A stretch of 64,000 nucleotides of DNA from Minisyncoccota bacterium (GCA_965222715.1 OZ244961.1:268609-332608), one strand, 5' to 3'. Positions 19,268 to 30,011 are shown, numbered from the stretch's first letter. The notes: generated from the sequence alone by a model not told the origin. Program-made: numbers and translations.

Positions 19268-19993
19268 GTGACACATAGCGTCCTGTTTTACACTGAACCG
19301 CTCGTTTGTATGCACGAGCTGCGTCAACGAGCACAACACATCATCGAAGGCTCAGCCCTCATCAATGAATGCGCAGAAGGCAACAAGAAAGCCGTCGGTG
19401 CACTCTTTGTTGGCTTTTGGCCCTTTGTGAGAACATTTGGGACCAAAATTGATCAACAGAAACTTCCTCTTCGCCCTCTTGCTGAACTCTTTGGTAAGGA
19501 AAGGGTACGCGATTACTTCGCTCAAGTGGCGCCGATCGTGGAAAGTATGGCAAAAGAAGAAGGTGATCATGCCGAAATCTGGTTTGGTGACTCAGAGGGT
19601 ATCGGCATCGGTCTCACCCACCAAGAAAGCCCTTTTGCCGGCATCCGTGAACTGACTGAGATGGCTGAAGATAAAGACATGGTCGCTTTCTTTGGCCATC
19701 TTGCCGGCACTGAGTTTATTGCAGAAGAGCTGTCTCGGTTCCTCTGTGGGTCTGAGCCGTTCACCAATCTTCTCGGAGGTGCGTGGGGGTGGGGAGATGT
19801 TCACCTTGAAGAACACGACGGCCCCTCGCACCTAGAGATCGACGTTGATCTCGGATCAGCTTACGCTGTTGCCGCATGTGACAATCCGGTAAGCGTCAGG
19901 GAAAGTGCAATGGATGCACTCACCGACGCAATCGTAAGGTCGCAAAACGCTTTCAAAACTGCTGCTGATGAAATCTATGTCTCAGTGGTCTGA
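19268..19993 (+). CDS. hypothetical protein, compositionally atypical (GC-rich); possible heme-oxygenase-like/TenA-PqqC-like fold
   Basis: GTG start with RBS AAGGAGAG 7 nt upstream. Own promoter-like TTGACT upstream and a strong terminator downstream. GC visibly higher (about 50%) than flanks (about 40%). Confidence 0.5.
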   Translation: MTHSVLFYTEPLVCMHELRQRAQHIIEGSALINECAEGNKKAVGALFVGFWPFVRTFGTKIDQQKLPLRPLAELFGKERVRDYFAQVAPIVESMAKEEGDHAEIWFGDSEGIGIGLTHQESPFAGIRELTEMAEDKDMVAFFGHLAGTEFIAEELSRFLCGSEPFTNLLGGAWGWGDVHLEEHDGPSHLEIDVDLGSAYAVAACDNPVSVRESAMDALTDAIVRSQNAFKTAADEIYVSVV

Positions 19994-19998
19994 TTCGC

Positions 19999-20044
19999 AC
20001 GACTGAAGTATGTTTTACCAACTGCTTCAGTCGTTTTTCTTTTT
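19999..20044 (+). terminator. rho-independent terminator
   Basis: ACGACTGAAG...CTTCAGTCGT stem followed by TTTTTCTTTTT. Confidence 0.65.
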
Positions 20045-20052
20045 AAGACTCA

Positions 20053-21711
20053 GTGGTACAATTTTTATACGTATCTATTATGGGAATTGCAACAGGGTTA
20101 CTTGCGATAGTCGCTTCTATTAATTTACTTTTTGCTGGTGCAATCTATATACACGGCAATAAGACAAGAGTTCTTACTTCATATATTCTTATTTCTGTTT
20201 TTGCTAGCTTGTGGTCGCTCGCGACACTCTTTACTGGTATTAACTTTAGATATGAATATAGTGCATATTTTGAATTAGCTCTTCACTTCCACTACATTTT
20301 TGGCTACTTAGCCTACCTTTCTTTTTTATGGTTTGCTATTTTTTATCCTCCATTAAATAGAAAACTTCTTTCAGCCGTCACCATCCTCACCTTTCTAACC
20401 ACAATACTGTTGTTTTTTATTCCATTTAGTAATTATTTCTATACAGAAATTAGTGGGGTAGGATCTATCGCAGACAGGGCTTTATTTAACCCAATTGGCT
20501 ATTGGTTTTTTGTCTCTGTACTCTCAATTGTCTTTATTGTTGGACTTATAGTCTTTACATATCGTTACACAAGAGCTAAAGAAAAGAACAATGCTCAAGA
20601 TTCAAAACGTATTTTATACATCACACTAGCAAATTTCTTTGCTGGAACATTTGGTATCGTTTTAAATTTAATTTTCCCAGGATTTGGAAACTTTGATTTT
20701 TTCTATATAAATCCTATTTTGGTGACTTGTGCACTTACTAGTTTTGGTCTCTATGCATTAATTAAATATCATATCTTCAACATTCGAGTTATTGTTGCTG
20801 AAGTATTTATCTTTGCTATTTGGCTAATCGAGTTTGCGCAGCTTTTGGTGAGTAGTGGGAGAGAGGAATTTATATACAACGCGGTGTTCCTACTCTCTGC
20901 AATACTATTTGGACTGTTCTTGATACGTAGTGTAGCTAAAGAAGTTGAGCAGCGTGAAAAAATTGAAAAACTTGCTCAAGATTTAGAAAAAGCAAATGAG
21001 CGACTTCGAGAACTTGATCGCCAAAAGACAGAATTTGTCTCTATTGCATCACACCAACTACGAAGTCCACTCACTGCAATTGAAGGATATGCTTCTATGC
21101 TGCTTGAAGGTTCATATGGGAAATTTCCCAAAAAGGCGCAAGAAGCATTAGAGAGAATTTTTAGGTCAAGTAGACTCATGGCTTCTTCGGTTGAAGATTT
21201 CCTTAACGTCTCACGTATTGAACAGGGAAGAATGCAATACAACAAAGCAGATACTGACATTGCTAACCTCGCGCGTACGGTTGTAGAAGAGTTAGAACCA
21301 GTTGCGCAAGAAAAAGGTCTTTCTTTAACGTTCTCTACTGACAATAATCCGTCGCATATCGCCTCTGTTGATTTTGGAAAAATGAAACAAGTGTTTAGTA
21401 ACCTTATAGATAACGCAATAAAATATACTGAAAACGGTAGTGTGACAGTATCAGTTACAAAAAAAGATGGTAATTCTGTATTATTTTCTGTAAAAGATAG
21501 TGGTGTGGGAATATCAAAAGACACCATTAAAAAATTGTTTGATAAATTTGTTCGTGCTCGTAATGCTCACGAAGTCAATGTGTCTGGTTCAGGACTTGGT
21601 CTTTACGTTGCTAAGCAAATGGTAGAAGCTCATGGTGGCACAATCTGGGCAGAATCTAGTGGAGAGGGGAAAGGATCAACCTTTTTTGTTGAGCTTAAAT
21701 CTACACAATAA
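20053..21711 (+). CDS. sensor histidine kinase with multi-TM N-terminal sensor domain (orphan)
   Basis: About 270 aa of TM helices. HisKA H-box VSIASHQLRSPLTAIEGY. HATPase_c DSGVGIS...GSGLGLYVAK. No response regulator adjacent. Confidence 0.8.
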   Translation: MVQFLYVSIMGIATGLLAIVASINLLFAGAIYIHGNKTRVLTSYILISVFASLWSLATLFTGINFRYEYSAYFELALHFHYIFGYLAYLSFLWFAIFYPPLNRKLLSAVTILTFLTTILLFFIPFSNYFYTEISGVGSIADRALFNPIGYWFFVSVLSIVFIVGLIVFTYRYTRAKEKNNAQDSKRILYITLANFFAGTFGIVLNLIFPGFGNFDFFYINPILVTCALTSFGLYALIKYHIFNIRVIVAEVFIFAIWLIEFAQLLVSSGREEFIYNAVFLLSAILFGLFLIRSVAKEVEQREKIEKLAQDLEKANERLRELDRQKTEFVSIASHQLRSPLTAIEGYASMLLEGSYGKFPKKAQEALERIFRSSRLMASSVEDFLNVSRIEQGRMQYNKADTDIANLARTVVEELEPVAQEKGLSLTFSTDNNPSHIASVDFGKMKQVFSNLIDNAIKYTENGSVTVSVTKKDGNSVLFSVKDSGVGISKDTIKKLFDKFVRARNAHEVNVSGSGLGLYVAKQMVEAHGGTIWAESSGEGKGSTFFVELKSTQ

Positions 21712-21734
21712 GTCCTTTCTAAAAGCCCTATATT

Positions 21735-22703
21735 TTGCTACTATTTCGGGATATGGGTGAGAAAAAAGTCCTTGTTTCAGGCATAAAACCAACAGGAGAA
21801 CTCCATATCGGTAACTATTTTGGCGCTATGCGCCAATTTATTGATTTCCAAGAAAAACATGAAAGCTTTATTTTTATAGCTGACTACCACGCTCTTACCA
21901 CAGCTCATGATTCAGAACGTCTTAAAGAAAATATCTATAAACTAGTTGCTGGATATATTGCGATAGGACTCGATCCAAAAAAACTTACTTTGTTTAAACA
22001 GTCTGATGTAGCAGAACACACGGAACTCTCGTGGATATTTAACTCAATCACAACAATGCCGTATCTTATGCGTGCACATGCGTTTAAAGATGCAGAAGCT
22101 AAAAGTAAAGAAATAACTGTCGGAACATTTGATTACCCAATGCTTATGGCTGCCGACATCCTTTTATATAACGCTGATGTTGTTCCGGTGGGGAAAGATC
22201 AAAAACAACATATTGAAATGACTCGGGATACTGCACAGAAATTTAATAGCCTATATGGCGAGACATTTAAACTACCGAAAGAAATAATTCTTGAGGAGGT
22301 AGCAACTGTACCTGGAATTGATGGGCAAAAAATGAGTAAGAGTTACCACAACACTGTTCCACTTTTTGGAACAAAAGATGAGATATCAAAAACAGTTATG
22401 TCTATTGTGACTGACTCCGAGGGTTCTCGTCCAGAAAATGTGTACGCCATACATAAACTTTTCACACCAGAAGAAGATCTCAAAGTCCTGTACACAGAAA
22501 AAGAAGGAAATTACAAAGCATTAAAGGAGGCACTTATAGAAGACATTGAAGTAGTAGTCGGGCCTATGCGTGAAGTCTATCAATCACTTCTTAATGATAA
22601 AGAAAAAATAAAAACGATACTTACAGATGGTGCTACCAAAGCACGACCTATCGCTGAAGCAAAAATGAAAGAGGTGCGAGAAAAGGTAGGAGTATCACTA
22701 TAA
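21735..22703 (+). CDS. trpS: tryptophanyl-tRNA synthetase
   Basis: Class I motifs: HIGH-type TGELHIGNYFG and KMSKS. Confidence 0.92.
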   Translation: MLLFRDMGEKKVLVSGIKPTGELHIGNYFGAMRQFIDFQEKHESFIFIADYHALTTAHDSERLKENIYKLVAGYIAIGLDPKKLTLFKQSDVAEHTELSWIFNSITTMPYLMRAHAFKDAEAKSKEITVGTFDYPMLMAADILLYNADVVPVGKDQKQHIEMTRDTAQKFNSLYGETFKLPKEIILEEVATVPGIDGQKMSKSYHNTVPLFGTKDEISKTVMSIVTDSEGSRPENVYAIHKLFTPEEDLKVLYTEKEGNYKALKEALIEDIEVVVGPMREVYQSLLNDKEKIKTILTDGATKARPIAEAKMKEVREKVGVSL

Positions 22704-22707
22704 ACAT

Positions 22708-24036
22708 ATGGAACGAGTATATATACAAGACTTACAAAATCATATCGGCAAAAAAGTCCTTATTTCAGGGTGGGTAGATGTAGCACGTGACCAAGGTAAA
22801 ATGGCATTTTTTGATTTTAGAGACATGAGTGGTTTTGTGCAGGGAGTTGTTTTTGGAAAACCAGACGTCCTTGAAGTTGCAAAAGAACTTCGACCTGAAT
22901 GGGTTGTTGCAGTTGTTGGTGTAGTAAACGAACGCCCTGAGAAAATGGTCAATACAGATGTGGCAAATGGGAATATTGAGCTTGAGATACAGAGTATAAA
23001 GGTGTTAAACAAGGCGCATGAAATGCCGTTTGATAAAGACATTGAACTTAATATTGATACGTATCTTGATCACATGCCACTAACGCTTCGCAGTAAACGA
23101 AGTAGAGCTATTTTTAAAGTGCAGTCAGAAATTGTAACTGCGTATCGAGAAGCATTGCGTAAAGAAAATTTCTCAGAATTCCAGTCTCCAAAGCTTGTTG
23201 GTGCAGATGCTGAGGGAGGGGCAAATGTTTTTAAGGTTGAATACTTTTATGACCAAGACGCATACCTTGCAACAAGTCCACAATTTTATAAACAAATTAT
23301 GGTTGGTGCTCTTGAACGAGTATTTTCAGTAGGAAACGTTTTTCGAGCAGAAAAACACAGCACTACGCGACATCTTAATGAGTATACGAGTCTTGACGCT
23401 GAGTTTGGTTTTATACAGGATCATCATGATGTCATGCGGGTACTTACGCGAGTCATGGAACACATTACTACACACCTTCAAACACACTGTAAAGAAGAAT
23501 TTGCAATGCTTGACGCTGTGCTACCTAAACTTCCCAAAGAGATTCCATCAGTGAAATTACGAGAAGCACAACAGCTTATCAGTAATGAAACAGGTGAAGA
23601 TTGTGTTGGTGAACCTGATCTTGAGCCAGCGCATGAAAGGTGGCTGTGTGAATATGCCCGTGAAAAACTTGATTCTGATTTTATCTTCATTACCCACTAT
23701 CCAGTAGAAAAACGACCGTTTTATACACATGAAGATGAGAATGACCCAGGGTTCACTAAAAGCTTTGATCTACTCTTTAGGGGTGTTGAAATTACTACTG
23801 GTGGGCAGCGCGTCGATTCATACGATCGCATGATAGAAAATATAAAAAAGAAGGGATTAGAACCAGAGAACTTCACTTTCTACCTTGAAGCATTTAAATA
23901 TGGCATGCCTCCACACGGAGGGTGGGGTATGGGGCTTGAGCGTCTCACTCAGAAATTCCTTAATCTCCAGAGCGTGAAAGAGGCAACGCTTTTCCCGCGG
24001 GAAATGAATCGCATCGACACATTACTTTCAGAATAA
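22708..24036 (+). CDS. aspS: aspartyl-tRNA synthetase, archaeal/eukaryal-type class IIb (probably non-discriminating)
   Basis: N-terminal OB anticodon-binding domain. FRAEKHSTTRHLNEYTSLDAEF (motif 2) and GGWGMGLERL (motif 3). 442 aa. Confidence 0.8.
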   Translation: MERVYIQDLQNHIGKKVLISGWVDVARDQGKMAFFDFRDMSGFVQGVVFGKPDVLEVAKELRPEWVVAVVGVVNERPEKMVNTDVANGNIELEIQSIKVLNKAHEMPFDKDIELNIDTYLDHMPLTLRSKRSRAIFKVQSEIVTAYREALRKENFSEFQSPKLVGADAEGGANVFKVEYFYDQDAYLATSPQFYKQIMVGALERVFSVGNVFRAEKHSTTRHLNEYTSLDAEFGFIQDHHDVMRVLTRVMEHITTHLQTHCKEEFAMLDAVLPKLPKEIPSVKLREAQQLISNETGEDCVGEPDLEPAHERWLCEYAREKLDSDFIFITHYPVEKRPFYTHEDENDPGFTKSFDLLFRGVEITTGGQRVDSYDRMIENIKKKGLEPENFTFYLEAFKYGMPPHGGWGMGLERLTQKFLNLQSVKEATLFPREMNRIDTLLSE

Positions 24037-24058
24037 TACCTAAAGCAATTGATTACAT

Positions 24059-25450
24059 ATGAATATAACAACAGAGACAAAGAAAGCATCAGTGCGACCA
24101 AAAGGGGTAGTTCGAGTAACGATAAGTGAGAAAGGTCAGACAAAGTTTATTGAACATAATGATACGACTGAACTTCGTATTAAAGCTGGAAATATAAAAA
24201 AAGATGATCGAAGAAAATTTATTAAGGTAGTTAGAAAAGTTATCAGAACAGCTCAACAGTATCATTGTGAAAAAATTGCAATTGATATTGATGAGTTTCA
24301 AAAATTTACTGCAAGTAGTGGACATGATCTTGGTTCACTTATTGCACAAAACTTTATTATGGCTGGATATGAATTTCGTTCATTCAAGAAAGAGCCTAAA
24401 AATGGTTGGAGGGATGTAGAGGAGGTGTACATAACCAATGTCTCTCAAAAAACAATACGAGAAGGTGTATTAGAAGGTAGCCTCGTTGGTGAGATGGTTA
24501 ATGAATGTCGTACGATATCAAACACACCAGGGGGTGATATGACGCCACAGCTTTTACTTTCTCATGCACGACGCCTTGCAAAGGGGACAAACGCAAAGGT
24601 TTCATCTCTGGGGAGGAGAGAAATGGAGCGATTAAAGATGGGATCAATCCTTGGAGTATCAAAAGGTTCACCAGAAGAGCCAAAATTTATCATCATGGAG
24701 TACTTGGGTGGTAAAAAAGGTGAACGTCCTGTGGTGCTCGTTGGTAAAGGAGTGACATTTGACACAGGAGGGATTAACCTCAAACCCTCAAACGCTATAT
24801 TGGGTATGCACCTTGATATGTCTGGAGGTGCAGCGGTACTTGCGTCAGTGGCACTTGCAGCAAAACTGAAGATAAAAAAGAATGTCATTGCGCTCGTACC
24901 CTCTGTAGAGAATGCAATTTCAGGAAGTAGTCTTCGTCCAGGCGATGTGCTTACGTCAATGTCGGGTAAAACCATTGAGGTTGTTGATACTGATGCTGAA
25001 GGGCGTCTTGTACTTGCTGACGCACTTACGTATGCAGAGCGCTACACTCCAAAATCAGTAGTTACTGTAGCAACACTTACCGGCGCAGCTCTTGTTGCTC
25101 TTGGTGATAGAGCTTCAGCTTTAATGACACGTGATGAAAAATTACAACATCGCCTTATGGAAGTAGCTGAGGAGACAGGAGATTATCTTTGGCCATTACC
25201 ACTTTGGGAAGAGTATGAAGAAGATTTAAAAGGAAATAACATCGCAGATGTTGCAAATCTTTCTACCAGAAATGCTCGTTACGGAGGTTCTATTATGGGA
25301 GGTATATTTTTACAGCAATTTGCAAAAAAATATCCATTTGCCCACATTGACATGGCACCACGCATGACAACAATTCCAAGCGATAATCTTTCTTCTGGTG
25401 CTGCTGGAGAACCAGTTCGGCTACTCACACAGTTTATTAAACAGTCGTAA
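24059..25450 (+). CDS. pepA: leucyl aminopeptidase (M17)
   Basis: VGKGVTFDTGGINLKP and the NTDAEGRL signature. Confidence 0.9.
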   Translation: MNITTETKKASVRPKGVVRVTISEKGQTKFIEHNDTTELRIKAGNIKKDDRRKFIKVVRKVIRTAQQYHCEKIAIDIDEFQKFTASSGHDLGSLIAQNFIMAGYEFRSFKKEPKNGWRDVEEVYITNVSQKTIREGVLEGSLVGEMVNECRTISNTPGGDMTPQLLLSHARRLAKGTNAKVSSLGRREMERLKMGSILGVSKGSPEEPKFIIMEYLGGKKGERPVVLVGKGVTFDTGGINLKPSNAILGMHLDMSGGAAVLASVALAAKLKIKKNVIALVPSVENAISGSSLRPGDVLTSMSGKTIEVVDTDAEGRLVLADALTYAERYTPKSVVTVATLTGAALVALGDRASALMTRDEKLQHRLMEVAEETGDYLWPLPLWEEYEEDLKGNNIADVANLSTRNARYGGSIMGGIFLQQFAKKYPFAHIDMAPRMTTIPSDNLSSGAAGEPVRLLTQFIKQS

Positions 25451-25454
25451 CATC

Positions 25455-26186
25455 ATGAGTGACGAGTTTAAAGTACGTGTAGAAGGATTTGAAGGACCTC
25501 TTGAACTGCTTTTATCATTAATTGAGAAACGAAAACTTCCTATTAATGATATATCTTTAGCGCAAGTCACTGATGACTATATTAGTCATATTGAGAACCA
25601 AGACGAATTTCCGCTTTCTCAAACATCTCATTTTATACTCGTTGCTTCAACACTCCTCTTAATAAAATCTAAGTCGCTTCTTCCTAATCTCTCTTTAACC
25701 GAAGAGGAGGAGGATGATATTGAGAACTTAGAACGACGCTTAAAAATGTATAAGCGTGTAAAAGAGCTCTCTACACATGTAAAGGATCGTTACGGTACCC
25801 AAATACTTTTTAGTCAAAGTGAACAAAAGTATCAAGACCCTGTATTTTCTCCCTCAAAAGATACCAGTATCTCAACACTAAGCGCCGCTATTGCTGGAGT
25901 ACTAAAAAGCTTGCCGAAGGTTGATATTACCCCACAAGCTATTGTTGAGAAGGTGATTAGTTTAGAAGAAATGATAGAAAACCTCACTGAAAGAATCACT
26001 AAAAATATAAAAATGAATTTTTCTGAATTTTCTAGCGCACAAAAAGGAAAGAAAGTTGAGGTTATTGTGGGTTTCTTAGCAATGCTTGAGCTTGTTAAAC
26101 AAGGTATAATCAATGTATCTCAAGATAGATTATTTGATGATATTACTATGGAAAGCGATAATGTCAGTACTCCTCAATATGAGTAA
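25455..26186 (+). CDS. scpA: segregation and condensation protein A
   Basis: N-terminal FEGPLELLLSLIEKRKLPINDISLAQVTDDY typical of ScpA. Followed by scpB. Confidence 0.85.
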   Translation: MSDEFKVRVEGFEGPLELLLSLIEKRKLPINDISLAQVTDDYISHIENQDEFPLSQTSHFILVASTLLLIKSKSLLPNLSLTEEEEDDIENLERRLKMYKRVKELSTHVKDRYGTQILFSQSEQKYQDPVFSPSKDTSISTLSAAIAGVLKSLPKVDITPQAIVEKVISLEEMIENLTERITKNIKMNFSEFSSAQKGKKVEVIVGFLAMLELVKQGIINVSQDRLFDDITMESDNVSTPQYE

Positions 26187-26196
26187 ATAATACAGT

Positions 26197-26757
26197 ATGA
26201 CCATCAGTACAGAAAAACAGATTGAGGCATTACTTTTCTTTAAAAATGAGCCAGTAGACAAAAAGTGGCTCAAGACAACACTTAACAAAAGTGACGCTGA
26301 AATAGAGGAGGGGATTCGTGCTCTCAAGGAGTCTCTTTTTGATAGAGGTATTGTACTAGTAGAAAAAGATAGTGATGTCGCTTTACGCACAGCACCCGAG
26401 TGCTCTTCACTTATTGAATCACTGCAAAAAGAAGAACTCTCAAAAGACTTAGGTAAAGCTGGTTTAGAGACATTATCAATTGTGTTATATCACGGCCCAG
26501 TCACTCGTGCTGAAATTGATTACATTCGAGGGGTAAACTCAACCTTTATTTTACGAAGCCTTTTGGTTCGTGGTTTGGTAGAAAAAATACCAAACCCTGA
26601 TGATTCACGAAGTTTCTTGTATCGCCCCACATTTGACCTTTTGTCATTCTTAGGCATTTCTACTATTAGTGAGCTCCCTGAATATCAGCAGGTTCAAGAT
26701 GAAATAGAATCATTTAAATCACAAAGAGAAGCTAGTGATGGGAAAGAAGGTGTGTAA
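26197..26757 (+). CDS. scpB: segregation and condensation protein B
   Basis: Two winged-helix repeats (IEALLF ... LSIVLYHGPVTRAEIDYIRGVNS). Confidence 0.85.
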   Translation: MTISTEKQIEALLFFKNEPVDKKWLKTTLNKSDAEIEEGIRALKESLFDRGIVLVEKDSDVALRTAPECSSLIESLQKEELSKDLGKAGLETLSIVLYHGPVTRAEIDYIRGVNSTFILRSLLVRGLVEKIPNPDDSRSFLYRPTFDLLSFLGISTISELPEYQQVQDEIESFKSQREASDGKEGV

Positions 26758-26769
26758 CAATATTGGTTT

Positions 26770-27765
26770 ATGGAGACTCAAGAGCAAGATAGAAAAGATA
26801 TACCTAAGGTAGACAACAGTGAGGTTGAAGAAGTAGATTTCTTCAAGTCTTCTTTTGTCCGGATTAGTGCACTCGCCCTACTACTTATGGGGAGTACATT
26901 TCTCTTTAACTTACATGTTCTTAATACCGAAAAAAACGTCTCACTTGAGACCAGTGGTGTAAATACAGTAGAGACTCGACCTTTTGACACTCTCTTGCTT
27001 GAGGCAAACGCTGTGTATGTTTACGACGTAACAACAGGAGAAGTGCTTTTTTCAAAAAATCCTTACGCGCAGTTACCACTAGCTTCACTTACAAAAGTAA
27101 TGACCGCACTCGTTGCATCAGAACAAATTACTGAGGATGCCACAATTACTATTACTCCAGAAGCAATTAAGGTTAATGGAGACCATGGATTAAAAGAGGG
27201 TGAGCGATGGCGTTTTAAAGATTTATTAGACTATACGTTAGTTGTTTCTTCAAATGACGGTGCTCATGCTATTGCTGGTGTTGCTGGTTCTCTCAATGCG
27301 CTCGATGGTTCACATTACGAGAATTTTAACCATGCCATGAATAGTGCTGCACAAAAAATTGGACTAACACAAACATATTTTCTTAATGAAAGCGGGCTCG
27401 ATACAAGTAGCTCAGTAAGTGGTGGGTATGGTTCAGCGCAGGATGTTGCACGGCTTCTTTCTTTTGTTATTACTGAAAGGCCACACCTTCTTGAGGCGAC
27501 CACTTATGATACTCTTGAATTTACCTCAGAAGATCAATTTATTTATAATGCTACTAATACCAACTCAGTTATTGGTGCTATTCCAGGCCTCATTGCGTCC
27601 AAAACCGGCTTTACGGACCTTGCTGGGGGAAATCTTGCAATAGCCTTCAATGTTGGCCTTGGTCGTCCTGTGGTTGCGGTTGTTCTTGGATCAACATACG
27701 ATGGTCGCTTTCAAGATATGCAACAAATTGTTGCAGCAACCCTTACCACAGTAACGCAACGCTAA
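26770..27765 (+). CDS. D-alanyl-D-alanine carboxypeptidase (S11, PBP5/6-like) with N-terminal TM anchor
   Basis: SLTK (SxxK), SSND (SxN) and KTGFT (KTG) motifs. Confidence 0.8.
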   Translation: METQEQDRKDIPKVDNSEVEEVDFFKSSFVRISALALLLMGSTFLFNLHVLNTEKNVSLETSGVNTVETRPFDTLLLEANAVYVYDVTTGEVLFSKNPYAQLPLASLTKVMTALVASEQITEDATITITPEAIKVNGDHGLKEGERWRFKDLLDYTLVVSSNDGAHAIAGVAGSLNALDGSHYENFNHAMNSAAQKIGLTQTYFLNESGLDTSSSVSGGYGSAQDVARLLSFVITERPHLLEATTYDTLEFTSEDQFIYNATNTNSVIGAIPGLIASKTGFTDLAGGNLAIAFNVGLGRPVVAVVLGSTYDGRFQDMQQIVAATLTTVTQR

Positions 27766-28844
27766 TGATTATTCTCGATATAGTAAAAATTATTGTTCCT
27801 TCAGCGCTTGCTTTTTTTATTGGTATTTTAATTACGCCAATTATTACCCACTATCTCTACAAGTATAAAGTCTGGAAGAAAAAATCAGGCAAAGGTGTTG
27901 GGTACGGAGGAGGTGAGACACCAATATTTGATGAACTACATAAGGAGAGCGATACCGGTACACCACGCATGGGCGGCATTGTTGTGTGGGGAAGCGTACT
28001 TCTTACTATAGTGGGTATCTGGGGGTTAAGTATGCTGCTCGACAGCCAGACCTTTGATAAGCTCAATTTCTTGAGTCGTAGTCAGACATGGCTTCCATTT
28101 TTTGCACTTATGGTCGGTGCAGTTGTTGGGTTTATTGATGACCTGTTCGTTGTCCGCGGCACTGGTACTCATTTTGCAGGCGGACTTCCGCTTACACATC
28201 GGTTACTTACGGTTGGTGCAGTGGCCCTCTTCACTGCATGGTGGTTCTATGAAAAGCTACAAATTAGCACAGTCCACATTCCTTTTAATGGGCCACTTGA
28301 ACTAGGTATCTTTTTTATTCCTATTTTTATTCTGGTTGCTCTTGCTATTTACGCCAGTAGCGTCATTGATGGTATTGATGGGCTTTCGGGAGGTGTGTTT
28401 GCTTCTATTTTTGCCGCGTATGCAGGTATCGCATTTTATCAACAGCAAATTGATCTTGCGGCACTCTCAGCAACTATTGTTGGCGCGCTTCTTGCATTCC
28501 TCTGGTTTAACATTCCACCAGCACGATTTTATATGACTGAAACAGGTGTTATGGGTCTTACCATGGCGCTTACCGTCATTGCTTTCATGACTGACTCACT
28601 AGGTGAGGGAAGTGGAGTGTTTGTACTTCCGATCGTTGGCTTCTTACTAGTAGTAACGGTTGTTTCAAATATTATTCAAGTTGCTTCAAAGAAACTTCGT
28701 AATGGTAAGAAAGTATTTCTTGTAGCACCACTTCATCACCACTTTGAAGCGTTAGGTTGGCCAGGGTACAAGGTAACTATGCGTTACTGGGTACTTAGCG
28801 TTATTTTTGCAGTTATCGGTATTGTTATTGCACTACTTGGGTAA
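27765..28844 (+). CDS. mraY: phospho-N-acetylmuramoyl-pentapeptide transferase
   Basis: Ten-TM GT4-family protein. IDGIDGL, DD motif and PPARFYMTETG. Confidence 0.93.
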   Translation: MIILDIVKIIVPSALAFFIGILITPIITHYLYKYKVWKKKSGKGVGYGGGETPIFDELHKESDTGTPRMGGIVVWGSVLLTIVGIWGLSMLLDSQTFDKLNFLSRSQTWLPFFALMVGAVVGFIDDLFVVRGTGTHFAGGLPLTHRLLTVGAVALFTAWWFYEKLQISTVHIPFNGPLELGIFFIPIFILVALAIYASSVIDGIDGLSGGVFASIFAAYAGIAFYQQQIDLAALSATIVGALLAFLWFNIPPARFYMTETGVMGLTMALTVIAFMTDSLGEGSGVFVLPIVGFLLVVTVVSNIIQVASKKLRNGKKVFLVAPLHHHFEALGWPGYKVTMRYWVLSVIFAVIGIVIALLG

Positions 28845-28919
28845 AGCGCTTGGATATATCAAAAGATAAGTTAGAAAATTAACAAAAAGCATCATATATC
28901 TTTTGCTATACTAAGAAGG

Positions 28920-30011
28920 ATGCACTCTATTGATAGAACACTACTTTTTACAACCATTGCACTTGTTGTTGTTGGTTTTTTTATTTTTGCATCAGCCTCT
29001 TTTGGTCTCTTAGCTCGGGAAGGTGCTCGTTTTTCTTCAGTTGCCTTTAGTCAGATTTTCCTGGGCATTGGTTTGGGCACTATTTTTTTGATACTTACCT
29101 CAAAAATTCGGTATCGCATATGGAAGCCATACGCACTCCATATATTTATTTTTTCTCTCCTTGTCACACTACTCGTGTTTGTCCCACAACTAGGATTTGA
29201 ATCAAACGGCGCTCGTCGCTGGATACATGTATTTGGTTTCTCAGTTCAGCCAGCAGAATTCCTTAAACTTGGTTTTGTTATATATCTCGCAGCATATCTT
29301 TCAACAGCACGGCAACGTATCACTGATTTTAAGCACGGCCTTATTCCGTTTACACTTATACTTGGTGCCGCAACAGGAGTGCTCTTATTACAACCAGATA
29401 CTGGTACCGCACTGGTGCTTATAGCTTCCGGTGTAGGTATGTATATAGTTGCGGGTGGCAAAGCTCGAGATATTCTTATACTCACCATACTGGGCGCTAT
29501 AGTGCTTTCAGGACTTGTTATACAAAGACCATATCTTCAAGACCGTCTCAAAACATATATAAATCCAGGAATCGATGTACAGGAATCAGGGTACCAGCTT
29601 AACCAATCACTCATTGCTATTGGTTCAGGCGAGCTTACTGGTCGTGGTTTTGGTCAAAGTGTACAAAAATTTAACTACCTTCCTGAGCCAATTAACGACT
29701 CCATTTTTGCAGTTGCAGCAGAAGAATTTGGTTTTATTGGTGCTGTGTTGCTGTTACTACTTTTTCTTACATTTGCATTTCGTGGACTAAAAGTAGCTGC
29801 GCGTTCCCCTGATTATTTTGGTGGACTGCTTGTTGTGGGAATTGTTATACTAATTGTGTCTCAGTCATTTATCAACATCGGCTCGATGCTTGGTGTGTTC
29901 CCACTGACTGGATTACCGTTACTATTCATTAGTCATGGCGGAACGGCAATGCTCTTCGTACTTGGTAGTGTTGGTATTGTGTTAAACATTTCTAAATACC
30001 AGAAGAAATAA
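28920..30011 (+). CDS. ftsW: SEDS-family peptidoglycan glycosyltransferase FtsW/RodA
   Basis: Ten-TM SEDS topology. QPAEFLKLG motif. Position between mraY and murG. Confidence 0.88.
   Translation: MHSIDRTLLFTTIALVVVGFFIFASASFGLLAREGARFSSVAFSQIFLGIGLGTIFLILTSKIRYRIWKPYALHIFIFSLLVTLLVFVPQLGFESNGARRWIHVFGFSVQPAEFLKLGFVIYLAAYLSTARQRITDFKHGLIPFTLILGAATGVLLLQPDTGTALVLIASGVGMYIVAGGKARDILILTILGAIVLSGLVIQRPYLQDRLKTYINPGIDVQESGYQLNQSLIAIGSGELTGRGFGQSVQKFNYLPEPINDSIFAVAAEEFGFIGAVLLLLLFLTFAFRGLKVAARSPDYFGGLLVVGIVILIVSQSFINIGSMLGVFPLTGLPLLFISHGGTAMLFVLGSVGIVLNISKYQKK

Noticed and set aside
20976-21527. 183-aa - strand ORF inside the histidine kinase gene
   Set aside because: Antisense to a well-supported kinase catalytic domain.
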